64,000 nt of DNA from Sphyrna mokarran (GCA_024679065.1 JAGIQG010000008.1:69750001-69814000); one strand, 5' to 3'; positions 12,971 through 26,073 are shown, numbered from the stretch's first letter. Notes: generated by a model from the letters alone, not told the origin. A program made the numbers and translations.

Positions 12971-14242
12971 AGGTTAGGGTTAGCCCCCACTTCAGCTAAT
13001 TTAGGTCACGAAGTGACCAGTTAAGGACCTCAATCAATCTATATCGCCATAACTCGCTGGACAGTAGAGGGCGGACAAGGGCGAAAAAACTATTTTTTAC
13101 CAAGGCTGGGACAGAAGAGGGACCCATTATGGAGGGGGAGGGGTGCCCTGTCTACATTAGAGATACTCCACATCAAGATGATCGCCCCACAGCCCCACCC
13201 CCTGAAAAGTTTCGAGCAAAAGCAACGAAAGCAAAGGTGACAATAGCATCTGGCAGTTATAACAGCAACACTATCATATACATAACCATTCACATCTCAT
13301 ATGTGCAGGGCTTTCAAGATGATGTCCGTTTCTATAATGTGGCAGGCAAAAATGAATGTTACTCTCAGCTCCCACCACCTGTTGCTACCCCAAGTCATTA
13401 AATCCAACAGCACTTGTTGGAGATTTATTTCGAGCCATCATTGAGTGTGAAATGTGGTTTGCGAGGTGACTGAATTAAATGGGAGTCAAAATTATAATTT
13501 TCCTGATGGCAATTCAAGATTCAGAGATTAAGTCATGTTTGGGGCATATTGGACCTCATATTGTCCCGCAGTGTGAATCCTTACTTGTAATATACTTGCA
13601 TAGCAGGAACATAGTACTCATTAGTGTAAAAAATCATATCTTACCTTCAAGAGATAATTAGCAATGCATGAGATTCTTGTGGTACCAACGTTCATGTTCT
13701 GTTTAAAAATGGTGTGCGTCAGTGAGTTTTGAGTAGTTATGTTTTGGGGCCAGCAACTTTTGTTAAACTCTGTGGCAAAAGTTGGGAGGAGATAGAGAAT
13801 GGTAGCTTACATAGAGGAAAGATGGGGTTTTGGAGAGGGAGATGGAGTTGTGGAGTGGAGCCGAAGGCATGCGAGAAATGAGGTGGGAAGGACCTGGTAT
13901 CCTCGGTGTGGTGGGGCTGATGGAAACAATCAGCCAAGGTAAGAAAATGAAGGATTTAGAAGGCATGTCAGTACTGTTCTCGTGTGGGTCTATCTCATGG
14001 TGTTCGCAGGCAAAGTCCCTATTGAGTTTTGAGTTCAGCTACAATATTTTAAATGTCCCCATTGTCAGTGATCTCAGCCAATATCCTTTACAATACATAG
14101 AATAGAGGATCAACTGAGCCTGCAATTTCAGCTACGTCCCACAGAGTGATAATTACAACACTGGAAACTAATACGAACATTCAATAATGAATGAATGAAT
14201 GCAGAAACACAAAAAAGAAATTGTCTCTAAATCTCCTCAATG

Positions 14243-14475
14243 GCATGGTGGCACAGTGGTTAGCATTGCTGCCTACAGTGCCAGGGACCCAGGTTTAATT
14301 CTGGCTTTGGGTGACTGTCTCTAGAAATTTGCACTTTCTCCCTGTGTCTGTGTGGGTCTCTTCGGGGTGCTCTGGTTTCCTCTCACAGTCCAAAGATGTG
14401 CAAGTTAGATGGACTGACCATGATAAATTGCCCTTCAGTATCCGAAGAGGTGTAGGTTAGGTGAATAAACTATAG
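14243..14475 (+). mobile_element. HE1-type V-SINE, 3' truncated
   Basis: Head GGTGGCACAGTGGTTAGCA and V core. Confidence 0.9.
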
Positions 14476-14669
14476 ATTCCCTGCTCCTTGATCATTTGGG
14501 CACATTATCAGAACTTTCAATTTTACTTATAGTCATGTGGGAATCAGAAAAAGCAAGAGAAGGGAAGTGGCATCCAGTCCCTGTTCCATTGTTGGAAATG
14601 GCACGCCGCAATTAAAACTGGAAATTCTTATGAGATCAAGCTTGCCAATCCAGAATTATATTCAAGCCT

Positions 14670-15002
14670 CGGGTGGCACGGTGGCACGGTAGCACAGCGG
14701 TTAGCACTGCTGCTTCACAGCTCCAAGGATCTGGGTTTGATTCCCGGCTCGGGTCACTGTCTGTGTAGAGTTTGCACACTCTCCTCATGTCGGTGTGGGT
14801 TTCCTCCAGGTACTCAGTTTCCTCCCACAGTCCAAATATGTGCGGGTTAGGTTGATTGGCCATGCTAAGAAATGTGTCCTGGGACCATAGGTTAGAGGTA
14901 AAATATGTAGGGATATGGGGATAGGGTCTGGGTGGGACTGTGTTCGGTGCAGACTCGATGGGCCAAAGGGTTCTTTCTGCCCTGTCGGGTTTTATGATTC
15001 TA
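14670..15002 (+). mobile_element. HE1-type V-SINE, full length
   Basis: Head with tandem GGTGGCAC units, V core and a CR1-like tail ending TATGATTCTA. Confidence 0.9.
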
Positions 15003-15175
15003 GTGCAGCAGCAGTGAGGAGCTAAGATCGGTGTTGGGGCAAGTCTATGGAAAATAAGGAGAATGTCAATTCTGAACTATATTGGGTAAACATGGATATT
15101 ACCATGAACAGGGTAGGAAAGGAAAAGTATTAATTTTGTGAATAGTACAGACAAAGATGAAGGAAGAGTAACAAC

Positions 15176-15460
15176 ATTTGATTTGATTTAATTTATTATT
15201 GTCACATGTATTAGCATACAGTGAAAAGTATTGTTTTTGCATGCTACACAGTCAAAGCATACCATTCATAAAGAAAGAAACAAGAGAGTGCAGAATGTAG
15301 TGTTACAGTCACAGCTAGAGTGCAGACAAAGATCAATGTAATGCAAGGCAGGTCCATTCAGAAGTCTGATGGCAGGTGGAAGAAGCTGTTCTTCAGTCAG
15401 TTTGTACATGACCTCAGACTTTTGTATCTTTTTCCCAATGAGACCAAGATTGAAAGAGAA
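15176..15460 (-). mobile_element. Rex1/Babar 3' fragment
   Basis: (ATTTG)n tail and 3' UTR that align by eye to 8000-8280. Confidence 0.85.
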
Positions 15461-17066
15461 GAATAATAATATTAATTTTGGACAATTTTGCAATCTACCA
15501 GCCTAGATATAGAGTAACACGAGCAGTCTAGACAAGGACTAAGTGCATATCAACCAGGCGAGGAAGTAAGGAAGCAGGTAAAAATTTTAAGATAATCCAA
15601 ATAGGGAATTTTAATAAAGTGGAAATACTCTTGTTGGTTACTGTCATGTTTCCAGTCATGCACTGTATACTGTTCTTTGATTAAAATGTCCCGTGTGGAT
15701 GAGAACATATGGTAAACAAGTTAATTTAGTAAATAATAATTATAATACTAATCTACAATGCTAATTGTCTGTAATTATTACATTACATCTTTACTGATGT
15801 GTATCTCTGCTGAATGGGTTGGTGTATGACAAAATAATTGAACAAATTAAAAACAGATTGTTCAGGGCTCTCTAATTTTTCATCAAATCCAACCTACTGT
15901 CACATCCTTCTCACTCCGGCATGTGAAAACTGTGTTTTCTCCCCTGGTTTCCTGCCCTATTCCACTCATCACTCCTCAGCAGGGAATCAAGGTAGGTTAT
16001 GTTTCCCCCTTTTCCCACTCCAAGATTAGGTAGTTGCAGAAGACTGGCTTGGGACCTTCACTCTCCCTGTCAGTTATAGAGAGCTAGTCACAGTAATGCC
16101 CACCCCACCAACTCAAAATGGCCAAGAGACAAACACTTCAACATCAAGACATTATATATAAAGATCACGAGCTGCTTTTATTTCCAAAAATAATATGGAT
16201 TGACAGTTAGTTAAAAACCTCATTCGTGGATTATTTAAATCTCGACCAGGTCACAATGCTTTATGAAAAGCTTTATCAATGCATCTGCTTTGCAAACAAT
16301 TTTTAAAAATCCATAGGGTGAATTTTTACAGCCCCTCCTCCAGGTAGTGGGGTTTTCCATTCCCGTCTAAGTCTTTTGAATGGCTCTTTGCATTCTGCCC
16401 AATGTTATACCCTGTGTCAGTAAAGTGTTTATTCTCCTATTACAATCACTATTGGCTGAAATACAGGTCTCCTTATAGAGTGAAATCTAACCCACATGAC
16501 CCAGCTTAATGCATTAAACATTCCTTTACCTACAAGGCAGTAACAATAACCACCTCCCAATCCAGTTACTAAAACATAACAATGGCAGCTAATGTAAATG
16601 GATGAACAATAATTGATTGGTAAAGATTCAGTGGTCCAATTAATGAATAACTTGTGTCTCATTATAGATACATATTCCACTGTAAATAGCAGAAGTTTAA
16701 TTTATCAGTTTCAATAGTGAATATTTGCCATTACTTACAATTGCAATATCTGGAATATAACAAAAGAACATGTAGATAGATACTTAATGAACAGTAATAT
16801 TTAGTATCAAGAGACAACAATTTGCAACTCTGCAGTACTACTTATACCTCAAAGATCTTATTCAATAACAATCAGAAACAGTGAATATTGCACAGGAGGG
16901 AAAGTTTAAAAATAAAGCTTGGGTAATAAAGACCCAACAACATTTAGGAATTTTTTTTTAAGATTCCAGGGCAGATAGTGTGAACTGAATGGAAATGACA
17001 GAACAGTAACGGCTAAATGAAGGGCCCCCAGTAGTGGAGTTAAGAAGTGAAAAACAGTAAGAAACT

Positions 17067-17292
17067 TGAGGCCAGGTTTTCCGACCCTTCCCACAGCAGA
17101 ATCTTTTGGTCTTGCCAAAGGCTACACGCACGCCCCAGTTCCACCCAAACGCCATGCAAAACATCATAGATTTTGGCAAGAGAATCCTGCCAGCAATCAA
17201 TGGCAATCTGCCTCCGCTGCTGGAATATCACTGATAATCTAGAGGAGTTGGGGGTGAGGGGGAGGGTAAGTAAAAATGTAAAAATTGGGTCA
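17067..17292. mobile_element. MITE (Harbinger-like)
   Basis: Weak inverted ends GGCCAGGTTTTC / AAAATTGGGTC. The interior resembles short elements at about 16315, 27093 and 42460. Confidence 0.45.
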
Positions 17293-17796
17293 AACATTTA
17301 AGTCAACTCCCTGGGAGTACATGGCCACTAGAGCTTGAAGATGAGGTGGACATGTAGGTTGTAGACTTAAGCTTAGGAAGGGGTGCAGAAAGAATGTGGC
17401 TGGGAGACAGTAGTTATGGCTTGAATTAGGGTTTAAAATGGAGGCAGGAAAGCTGTTTTAACAGTGTTAAGCAAGAATTGTTTTGTTCTTTTGGTCATTA
17501 TCTTAAACAAATTATATTCAATCTGATTATCAAATTAAGGAAAACGTATTTATATTTGTGATTGTTCCATAACATCACAAAATAAGGAAATGAGTGAAGC
17601 CATTTGGCCCATTGTGTGAGTGCCAGTCCTTTGAAAGAACTATCAATTCTTCCCTCCTTCTGCGCTACAACTTTCCCCTTCAAGTATTTATCCAAACTCC
17701 TTTTGAAAGTTATCACAAATGCAGTAGACTCCAGATCATAGCAGCTCATTGTTGTTTCACTAAAATAGCACCAAAATGGATTGTATCAGGCCCTAA

Positions 17797-18480
17797 TGTC
17801 ACACAATTACCAGGTAAAGATGTGCAGTGTTATGGTAAAAAGTATGGCAACAAAATAATCTTAGGAGAGAATAAATTTCAAAAGGAATGATATTTATTAT
17901 TAAGCACAAAATTATAGCACTAATTAGCACCACACACAAAGTCCAAGCCAGGACACAATTCTGCAAACGTTTTTTGGTGTCTGCCTTGTAAAGGGAACTG
18001 GTGATAAGTTCCAACAGGGCAGGCAATTGCCAGTTACCAAGGAAACTCATATTCAATGAACCCCACAGGGAGATCAATTGGTGATTCCCCATGGATCTCA
18101 TGAGGATTATCGCACAAATAGGATTACTTACAACTTAACACTAAGGTAATTGGATTTTTGTATCACCAGTTGCTTTTTATCCCCCTTTTTACCCTGAGTC
18201 AGATGGTGATGGATCAGGCATATCTAAAGACAAGTTTTAGATACTTTATATATTCAACAAAGCAGCAATTCATTGAGCTGATCCTGCTGTTCACTATATC
18301 TGGGTCTCAGTCAACCAGACCAGGGTCTCAAAATGAGGTACTGAGGCATTATCAACCCTTGCATCCTGATTTACCATGCAACAAATCCCCGCTCTCACAT
18401 GCTATTGAGAACTGGGCCACCATTTAGGCCAGGTGTCTGTCCAAGCTGTTCAGCAACCATAAGCATATATCAAAATAGCC
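17797..18480 (-). mobile_element. Probable LTR fragment
   Basis: Starts with TGTCAC. The minus strand has AATAAA (about 17894) and a TATA-like ATAAAAAG (about 18175) in LTR order. The other end is replaced by an inverted duplication. Confidence 0.4.
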
Positions 18481-19079
18481 CCATCTTCCATGTTGAGAGA
18501 GCTACGTTCATCCAGACTGGTGGGAAGTATTCTATCGTACTTGTGACTTATTACTTCCAGATAGTGAACAGGCTTGGGAACTCAGGAAATCAGCCACTCA
18601 TTACAGAACAATGGTTAGAATCTCCCTTATCGGACACAGATATTGCCTGGTATTTGTGTGGTGTGAATATTACTTGCCGCTAATCAGTCCAAGTGTGACT
18701 GATAACCCCAATCTGTGTCACCTTGTGATGACCTCACAGGGAAGAACTGTCAATCAGCCCCAAGAATTAATCCAGCATTCTAGAGTAGAATCAGAGTTTC
18801 TGATTCAAGACATATTTAAGATACACGTTCCTGAGATTAAAGAGCTTGCTTGTGAGATTGTGAATGAGACCCAAATTTATTTTTAAGTTTCATTTCTTGC
18901 AATGAATGGATGAGATTTGGCATTGTTGTGCAATTGGCCATTGAGCAGTACTGGCAGAAACATGCAGTAACAACAATAGAGTAACAATTACAACAAGCAT
19001 TATCTGCATTGATTTCAGGCTTTGTCAAACTGCTGCAAACATTGACATTAATGAGAATCACAAGAAAATTTCACTGATT

Positions 19080-20610
19080 GGAGTCTTCTCAGTCAGTCAA
19101 CTCAGCCGCAAGCCATCACTGCAGAAGTTCCTCAGGATCTGAGGTCCAACCATCTTAATCAATGCCCTTCCTTCCATCATAGGATCAGAAATAGGGTAGT
19201 TCTTTGGTAATTGCACAGTGTTCAATACCATTTACAGCTCTTTAGGAACTGAAACAGTATATGCCTTCATGCAGCAAGATCTGAACCACATTCAGTGGTG
19301 AAAAAGGCATTCGACATGCTTATTTCATCGGTCAGAACATTGAATACAGGAGTTGAAATGTCTTGTTGAAGTTGTACAAGACATTGGTACGGCCACACTT
19401 GGAATACTGTGTATAGATCTGGTCACCTTATCAAAGAAAGGATATTATTAAACTAGAAAGAGTGCAGAAAAGATTTCCCAGGATGCTACCGGGGCATGAT
19501 GGTGTGAGTTATAAGGAGAGATTGGATACACTGGGACTTCTTTCTCAGAGCGTGGAAGACTGAGGAGTGATCTTATAGGAGTCTATAAAATAATGAGGGG
19601 CACAGATTAACTATATAGCCACTACCTTTTCCCAACGATAGCGGAGTCTAAAACTAGAGGGCATCAGTTTACAGTGAGAGGGGAGAGATACAAAAATGTC
19701 CAGAGCGGCAATTTTTTCACACAGAGGGTGTCAAATGTCTGGAATAAGCTACAGAGATAGTACAAGAAGCAGGTACAATTTTGTCTTTTAAAAAGTATTT
19801 AGACAGTTACATGGGTAAGATGGATATGGGCCAAATGCGGGCAATTGGGATTAGCTTAGGGATTTAAAAAAAGGGCGGCAATGTCAAGTTGGGCCAAAGG
19901 GCTAGTTTCCATGTTGTAAACTTCTATGACTCTAACATTCACACTTGGACTGATTAGCAGCAAGTAATATTCACACCACACAAGTACCAGGCAATGTCTG
20001 TGTCCAATAAGGGAGATTCTAACCATTGCCTCTTGACATTCAATAGCGTTACAATCACTGAATCCCCTACTATCAATATCCTGGAGGTTATCATTGACCA
20101 GAAACTCAGGTTTTGATACTGGGTGTTCTGTAATGAGTGGCTGATCTCCTGAGTTCCCAAGCCTGTCCACTATCTGCAAGTAATAAGTCACAAGTATGAT
20201 AGAATACTTCCCACCAGTCTGGATGAACGTAGCTCTCTCAACATGGAAGAAGCTCAACACCATCCAAGACAAAGTAGCTTGCTTGATTGCCATCCCATCC
20301 ATCACCATTGTAAACATTTACTCCATCTCCCACAAGTGGTAACAGTGTATACCTTTTATGAGATGTTATTCACCTAGTTTTCTTCTACTGTACCTCCCAA
20401 ACACATGGCCTCTGCTGTGTAGAAGACAAGTGGAGCAGTGCATTGGAATGTCCATGTTCAAATGGAACCATGTCTGGTTCCATTTGAAGTCATACATATC
20501 CATTCCTTCCTAGAACCAAAATTAAAATCCCTAACAGCACTATGGATGTATGTATATGGCAATGACAATTAGATTTGCACAATAAATGCTGACCTTGTCT
20601 TTGACACACA
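19080..20610 (+). mobile_element. Old CR1 RT/3' UTR with a second CR1 3' fragment nested at 19295-19934
   Basis: The nested copy (RPHLEYC..W, ERVQKRF, tail TCTATGACTCTA) is flanked by the 7-bp TSD ACATTCA at 19288-19294 and 19935-19941. Confidence 0.85.
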
Positions 20611-21264
20611 CTTCTTATGAATAAATAAAGAAAATCAGGAAAGCAGACTCTGAACTTATTATCTCCTGTAGCATGACTTCCAATCTTCATTCACAATTGG
20701 GGTGATCCACTTCGTTTCTCTTTCCAAGCTGCCATAGGTAACAAATCAGCCAATCTACGATGTATTCCTATGTTCATCAATAATCAGGACACTGCTATAG
20801 GTGAAGAATCAAAAGTAAAACTTAGTTCAAGAAAGCAGTGTTTCATCAATGGAATAGTTGACAATATGAGCTTCTCTTTTATAAATTTATTCCTTGGAAT
20901 GGAGTCCTTCGGTTAACATGTGATTGTATATCACCATTAGCAGCTCAGCGTGCGGAGTGTATAGAATATCATACGCTGTACACTGATGCTCTGTGAAGCA
21001 AAATCACCATGCATCATAATTAAACAGTGATAATAATGGGGCTTAAGAGCTGCCAGTTCCACTACAACTACAGAAAGGATAACAAATCCAACAACACCAA
21101 GTGGACAACAATTTCAGCAGGAGAATTTAACTGTATACTGTGTCATTCTCATAATGTGTCTGGTAGTTTTCCTGCATTAAACCACGATCTTGAGTTGATG
21201 CTGTGGAATAATGACATGGAAATTATTACCAAATTCGTATGAGATTGCATGTTTTATTATATAC

Positions 21265-23480
21265 TGGATAGAGCAGGGACAGGAATGGTTGTTGCAGGTT
21301 CCGGGGTTCAAATGCTTCAGTCAGAGTAGAGAAGGAGGTAGAAGGGGAGGAGGAGTGGCATTATTAGTCAAAGACTGTATCGCAGTGACAGAAAGGAAGT
21401 TTGATGAGGACTTGTCTGTTGAGGTAGTATGGGCTGAGATTAGAAACAGGAGAGGAGAGGTCACCCTGTTGGGAGTCTTTTATAGATCTCCTAAAAGTTC
21501 TAGAGAGGTAGAGGAAAGGATTGCAAAGTCGATCCTGGACAGGAGTGAAAGTAATAGGGTAATTGTTATGGGGGACTTTAACTTTACTAATATTGATTAG
21601 AATAGCTATAGCTAAAGAGTGAGTTGAGGAGAGCTAAAAGGGGACACGAGAAGACTTTGGCTGAAAGGATCAAGGAGAATCCTAAAGCTTTCTTTAGATA
21701 TGTTAAGAATAAAAGATTGGTTAGGGCAAGATTAGGGCCAGTCAGAGACAGCAGTGGGAAGTTGTGCGTGGAGCCTGAAGAGATTGGAGAGGCACTGAAC
21801 AAATATTTCTCTTCGGTATTCACGCAGGAAGATGTAAATGTAGTTGTGGAGAACACTGGGATACAGGGTTGCAAACTGGAAAGTATTGAAGTAGATAAGG
21901 AGGATGTGCTAGATATTCTTGAGGGTTTGAAGTTAGATAAGGTCCCTGGGCCGGACGGGATTTACCCTAGGATTCTCTGGGAGGCGAGAGGCGATTGCAG
22001 AGCCTCTGGCTCTGATCTTCAGGTCGTCGTTGGCTACAGGTATAGTGCCGGAAACTGGAGAATACCGAATGTGGTCCCATTGTTCAAGAAGGGGAATAGA
22101 GACTTTCCGGGGAATTATAGGCTGGTGAGTCTTACTTCTGTTATGGGCAAAGTATTGGAGAGAATTATTAGGGATAGGATTTATAGTTATTTAGAGAGAA
22201 ATGAATTGATTGGGATAGTCAGCATGGTTTTGTGAAGGGTAGGTCGTGCCTTACTAACCTTATTGAGTTTTTTGAAAAAGTGACCAAAGAGGTGGATGGG
22301 GGTAAGGCAGTTGATGTGGTATATATGGACTTTAGTAAGGCATTCGATAAGGTGCCCCATGGAAGGCTTCTGCAGAAAATGCAGATGTATGGGATTGAGG
22401 GTGATTTAGCTAATTGGATTAGGAATTGGCTAGCTGATAGAAGACAGAGGGTGGTGGTTGATGGAAGTTATTCATCGTGGAGTTCGGTTACAAGTGGTGT
22501 ACCTCAGGGATCTGTTTTGGGGCCCCTGCTGTTTGTAATTTTTATAAGTGATCTGGATGAGGGTATTGAAGGATGGATTAGTAAATTTGCGGTGACACCA
22601 AAGTCGGAGAGTGGTAGATAGTGAAGGGGGTGTTATAGTTTGCAGAGAGACTTGGACAAGTTGCAGAGCTGGGCCGAGAGGTGGCAAATGGAGTTTAATG
22701 TGGAAAAGTGTGAGGTAATTCACTTTGGCAGGAATAACAAATGTGTAGAGTATAGGGCTAATGGTAGGACTCTTAATAGTGTTGAAGAACAGAGGGATCT
22801 TGGTGTATATGTGCATAGATCCCTGAAAGTTGGCAATCAAGTCGATAAGGTTGTTAAGAAGGCATATGGAGTCTTAGCTTTTATTGGTAGGGGGATTGAA
22901 TTTTGGAGCCACAACGTCACGTTGCAACTCTACAAAACTCCAGTGCGGCCGCACTTGGAGTATTGTGTACAGTTCTGGTCCCCACATTATAAGAAAGATG
23001 TGGAGGCATTGGAGACAGTACAGAGGAGGTTTTACTAGGATGTTGCCTGGTATGGAAGGCAGGTCTTACGAAGAGAGGCTGAGGGATTTGAGATTGTTTT
23101 CGTTAGAAAGAAGGCAGCTAAGAGGAGACCTTATTGAAACATATAAGGTGATTAGAAGTTTAGATAGGGTGGACAGTGATAGCCTGTTTCCTAGGATGGA
23201 GAAAGCTAGCACGAGGGGACATAGCTTTAAATTAAGGGGTGGTGTTATAGGATGGATATCAGAGGTAGGTTCTTTACCCAGAGGGTGGTTAGGGTATGGA
23301 ATGCCCTGCCTGCGGCGGTTGTAGATGCACCAAGTTTGGTGGCATTTAAGAGGTTTGTAGATAAGTTTATGGACGAAAAGAGAATGGTTTAGGTTAGAGG
23401 GTCATTGCTTTTTCCTAATTGGTCGGCGCAACATCGAAGGCCGAAGGGCCTGTTCTGCGCTGTAATGTTCTATGTTCTAA
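21265..23480 (+). mobile_element. Young CR1 LINE ORF2, 5' truncated, internally deleted and frameshifted
   Basis: EN motifs RRGGGVA, YRSP and MGDFN are joined directly to KENPKAFFRY. RT motifs [16 protein letters not shown] and [13 protein letters not shown] are present. The tail is (TGTTCTA)n. Confidence 0.95.
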
Positions 23481-24009
23481 ATTCATTTTAAATGGGAAAT
23501 GCTATTATTAAAAAGCAGAACCAGGAACACAATCCTACAGCCTAACTGCAAAGCCACCTTCATATGGGCTGCTGTATTGAATATTAAAAGTCCAAAATTT
23601 AAAGATCTTTCATATTTTATGTATACTACAATTGAGGCTATGTGCTGGACATCACCAAAGTGAAGAGAAGATAAAATCAAAAGTAGTTTGCAACAAGTCT
23701 GAATGTTAAAGCCTTAGGCTTGTAGGGAACAAGGCAACATAGATAGGAGTGGGAGAGAGGAACAGTGGGAATGGAGCAGCGGAGAACTGCGCCAAAATCC
23801 TCCATCCTCGGGTTTCTCTGGTGCCACTGATTATGAATGGAGTTTTGGTTGGAATCCTAAAGTCTACATTCTCACTTGTAGCAAGGTGACCATAGACAAG
23901 ATCATAGAATCCTACCCCAATTCTGAAACAGGTTTATAACCATGACAAAGAATGAGTTTGATGTGAATTGAAATTCTTACTGAATGGCAGAGCAGGCTTA
24001 AGGAGCAGA

Positions 24010-25490
24010 ATATGAGCAGAAGAACTTAAGGGAACCTTGAGCCTACTCCTCCATTCAGTGAGATGGCTGATCTTCTACTTAAACACTATTTTCCTATGCT
24101 ATTTCCATATCATTTGATTTTTTTTTGCGCAGAATCTATCAATCCCTGTCTTGAACACACTCAATGCCTGAGTCTCCACAGCTCTCTGGTGCAGAGAATT
24201 CCAACAATTCACCACCCTCTGATTAAAGAAATTCCTCCTCATCTCAGTCCTAAATAACCTGCCCTTTTTTTTGAAACTGTATCCCCTGATTCTAGACTCT
24301 GCCCGCAGCTAAGGGAAACACCCTTTCTACATCTACCTGTCGAACCTGTAAGAATTTTGTATGTTTAACTATGATCATTTCTCATTATTCTAAACTCCGG
24401 AACATAAAGGCCTAGCCTATTTAATTCTCTATTTTATGAATTAATTTAGTGAATCTTTATTGCAATCCCTTTCTATCCTGCTATGGCAAGTATATTTTTC
24501 CTTGGGTAAGGAGACCAAAATTATAAAATTATACCCAATATTCCATGCATGGTTTCACCAATGTTTTACATAACTGCAGTTACTTCTTTTATTCAAATTT
24601 TATTAAAGGCCAACATACTATTTGTTGCCTATTTTATTTGTATATTACCCTTTCAGTGACTCATGAACAAGGACATCAAAGTCTCTTTGAAGTTCAACAC
24701 TTCCCAGCCTCTTACCATTTAAGAAATATTCCACCTTTCTGCTTTTCTTACCAAAGTGGATAACCTCACTTTTCTCCACATTATATTCCACCTTTCAGAT
24801 TTTTCTCCTTGAAGTGTCTTTGCATCCTCCTCACAATTCATACTTCTAGTTTTGTGCTATCTGCAAACTTGGAAATATTACTTTTAATCTCCACATTCAA
24901 ATCATAGGATTAACATTAATAACTGGTGTCCAGCACTGATCTTTGCAGGACCCCACTGGTCATAGACTGCCAACCTGAAAATAACCCATTTATTCCTGTT
25001 CTGTTTTCTGCTTGTTAACAATTTCTCAATCCATGCCAGTATATTTCCTTCCATTCCATGTACTCTAATTTTTGTTTATCAGCCTTTTATGTGGGACGTT
25101 ATCAAAAGTTTTTTGAAAATCAACCACAATCTTAAACATGATCCATTCCCCCCTATTTAGTTTAAAACTTTTTCTACTTCCCTAGTTATATGATTCACTC
25201 AAAAGCTATCCTAGCATAGATCAAGTGAAGTCTATCCCAGTACTGGTATCAGCATGAACCTGAAGTGACTTCTCCCATTCTAATCTCTAAATCATGCATT
25301 CGTCTGTCTAATTTTATTTATAATATGCTAATTAGCATGTGGTTCAGATAATCATCCAGAGATAATTACTTATGAGGTTCTGCATTTCAGCTTAGTTCCC
25401 AGATCCTCATACCTTCTCTTTCCTAGTCTACCTATTTTGTTGGTACATACAGATGGGCCTACTCCTGCTCATCAGGAGTTCCTATGTTCC
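24010..25490 (-). mobile_element. CR1 LINE fragments, decayed
   Basis: The reverse complement contains DFQKTFDNV, GVLQRSVL and FADSTK remnants and a CR1 3' end. Confidence 0.8.
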
Positions 25491-26073
25491 TATATAAAGC
25501 ATTCACTGTATCTTAGTTTCAACACAATAGCAATATAGGCTATAGAACAGACAGAGTGTTTAATATATAAGTTTAAGTTTACAGCTTAGAAGGAATGGAG
25601 TCAGTCATACCATTCAGGTTTCATTTCAGTTCAAGCATCAGAAGGCAATGCAACAGGAATAGACCATTCAACACTTGGGCCTATCTCCAATAGTAAAAAT
25701 CAATATTTGAAACAGTGCATTTGTTTCTGAAGAGATGCCAATAAGAATTTCACTGATATTTCTAATATCTCTTCCCACATTTGATCATGATAGTCCACAA
25801 TGCTCCCTGCTGTCAAACACAACCTATTTTGATGTCGATGCAGCTCAATATGAAATATGTGAGATACTACATGCTATTATTGCTTTTTGAGACCAAACCA
25901 TCACTTTCATATAGAAACTAGCAAGACTGGAGATCTAAATCATCAGCTCTTGCTTCCACAAGACTGTACAAATGCACAGACTTACACCTTTTGACAACTA
26001 ACATCATTGATTAGTCATGGCAATTGGCACAGGGTATTAAGGGGAAGTTGTGTTTGACAAATTTAAAACACTT

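Noticed and set aside
12973-12983. Telomerase RNA gene (template CTAACCCTAAC on the minus strand)
   Set aside because: No CR2/CR3 pseudoknot or H/ACA motifs follow. The downstream sequence is MITE.
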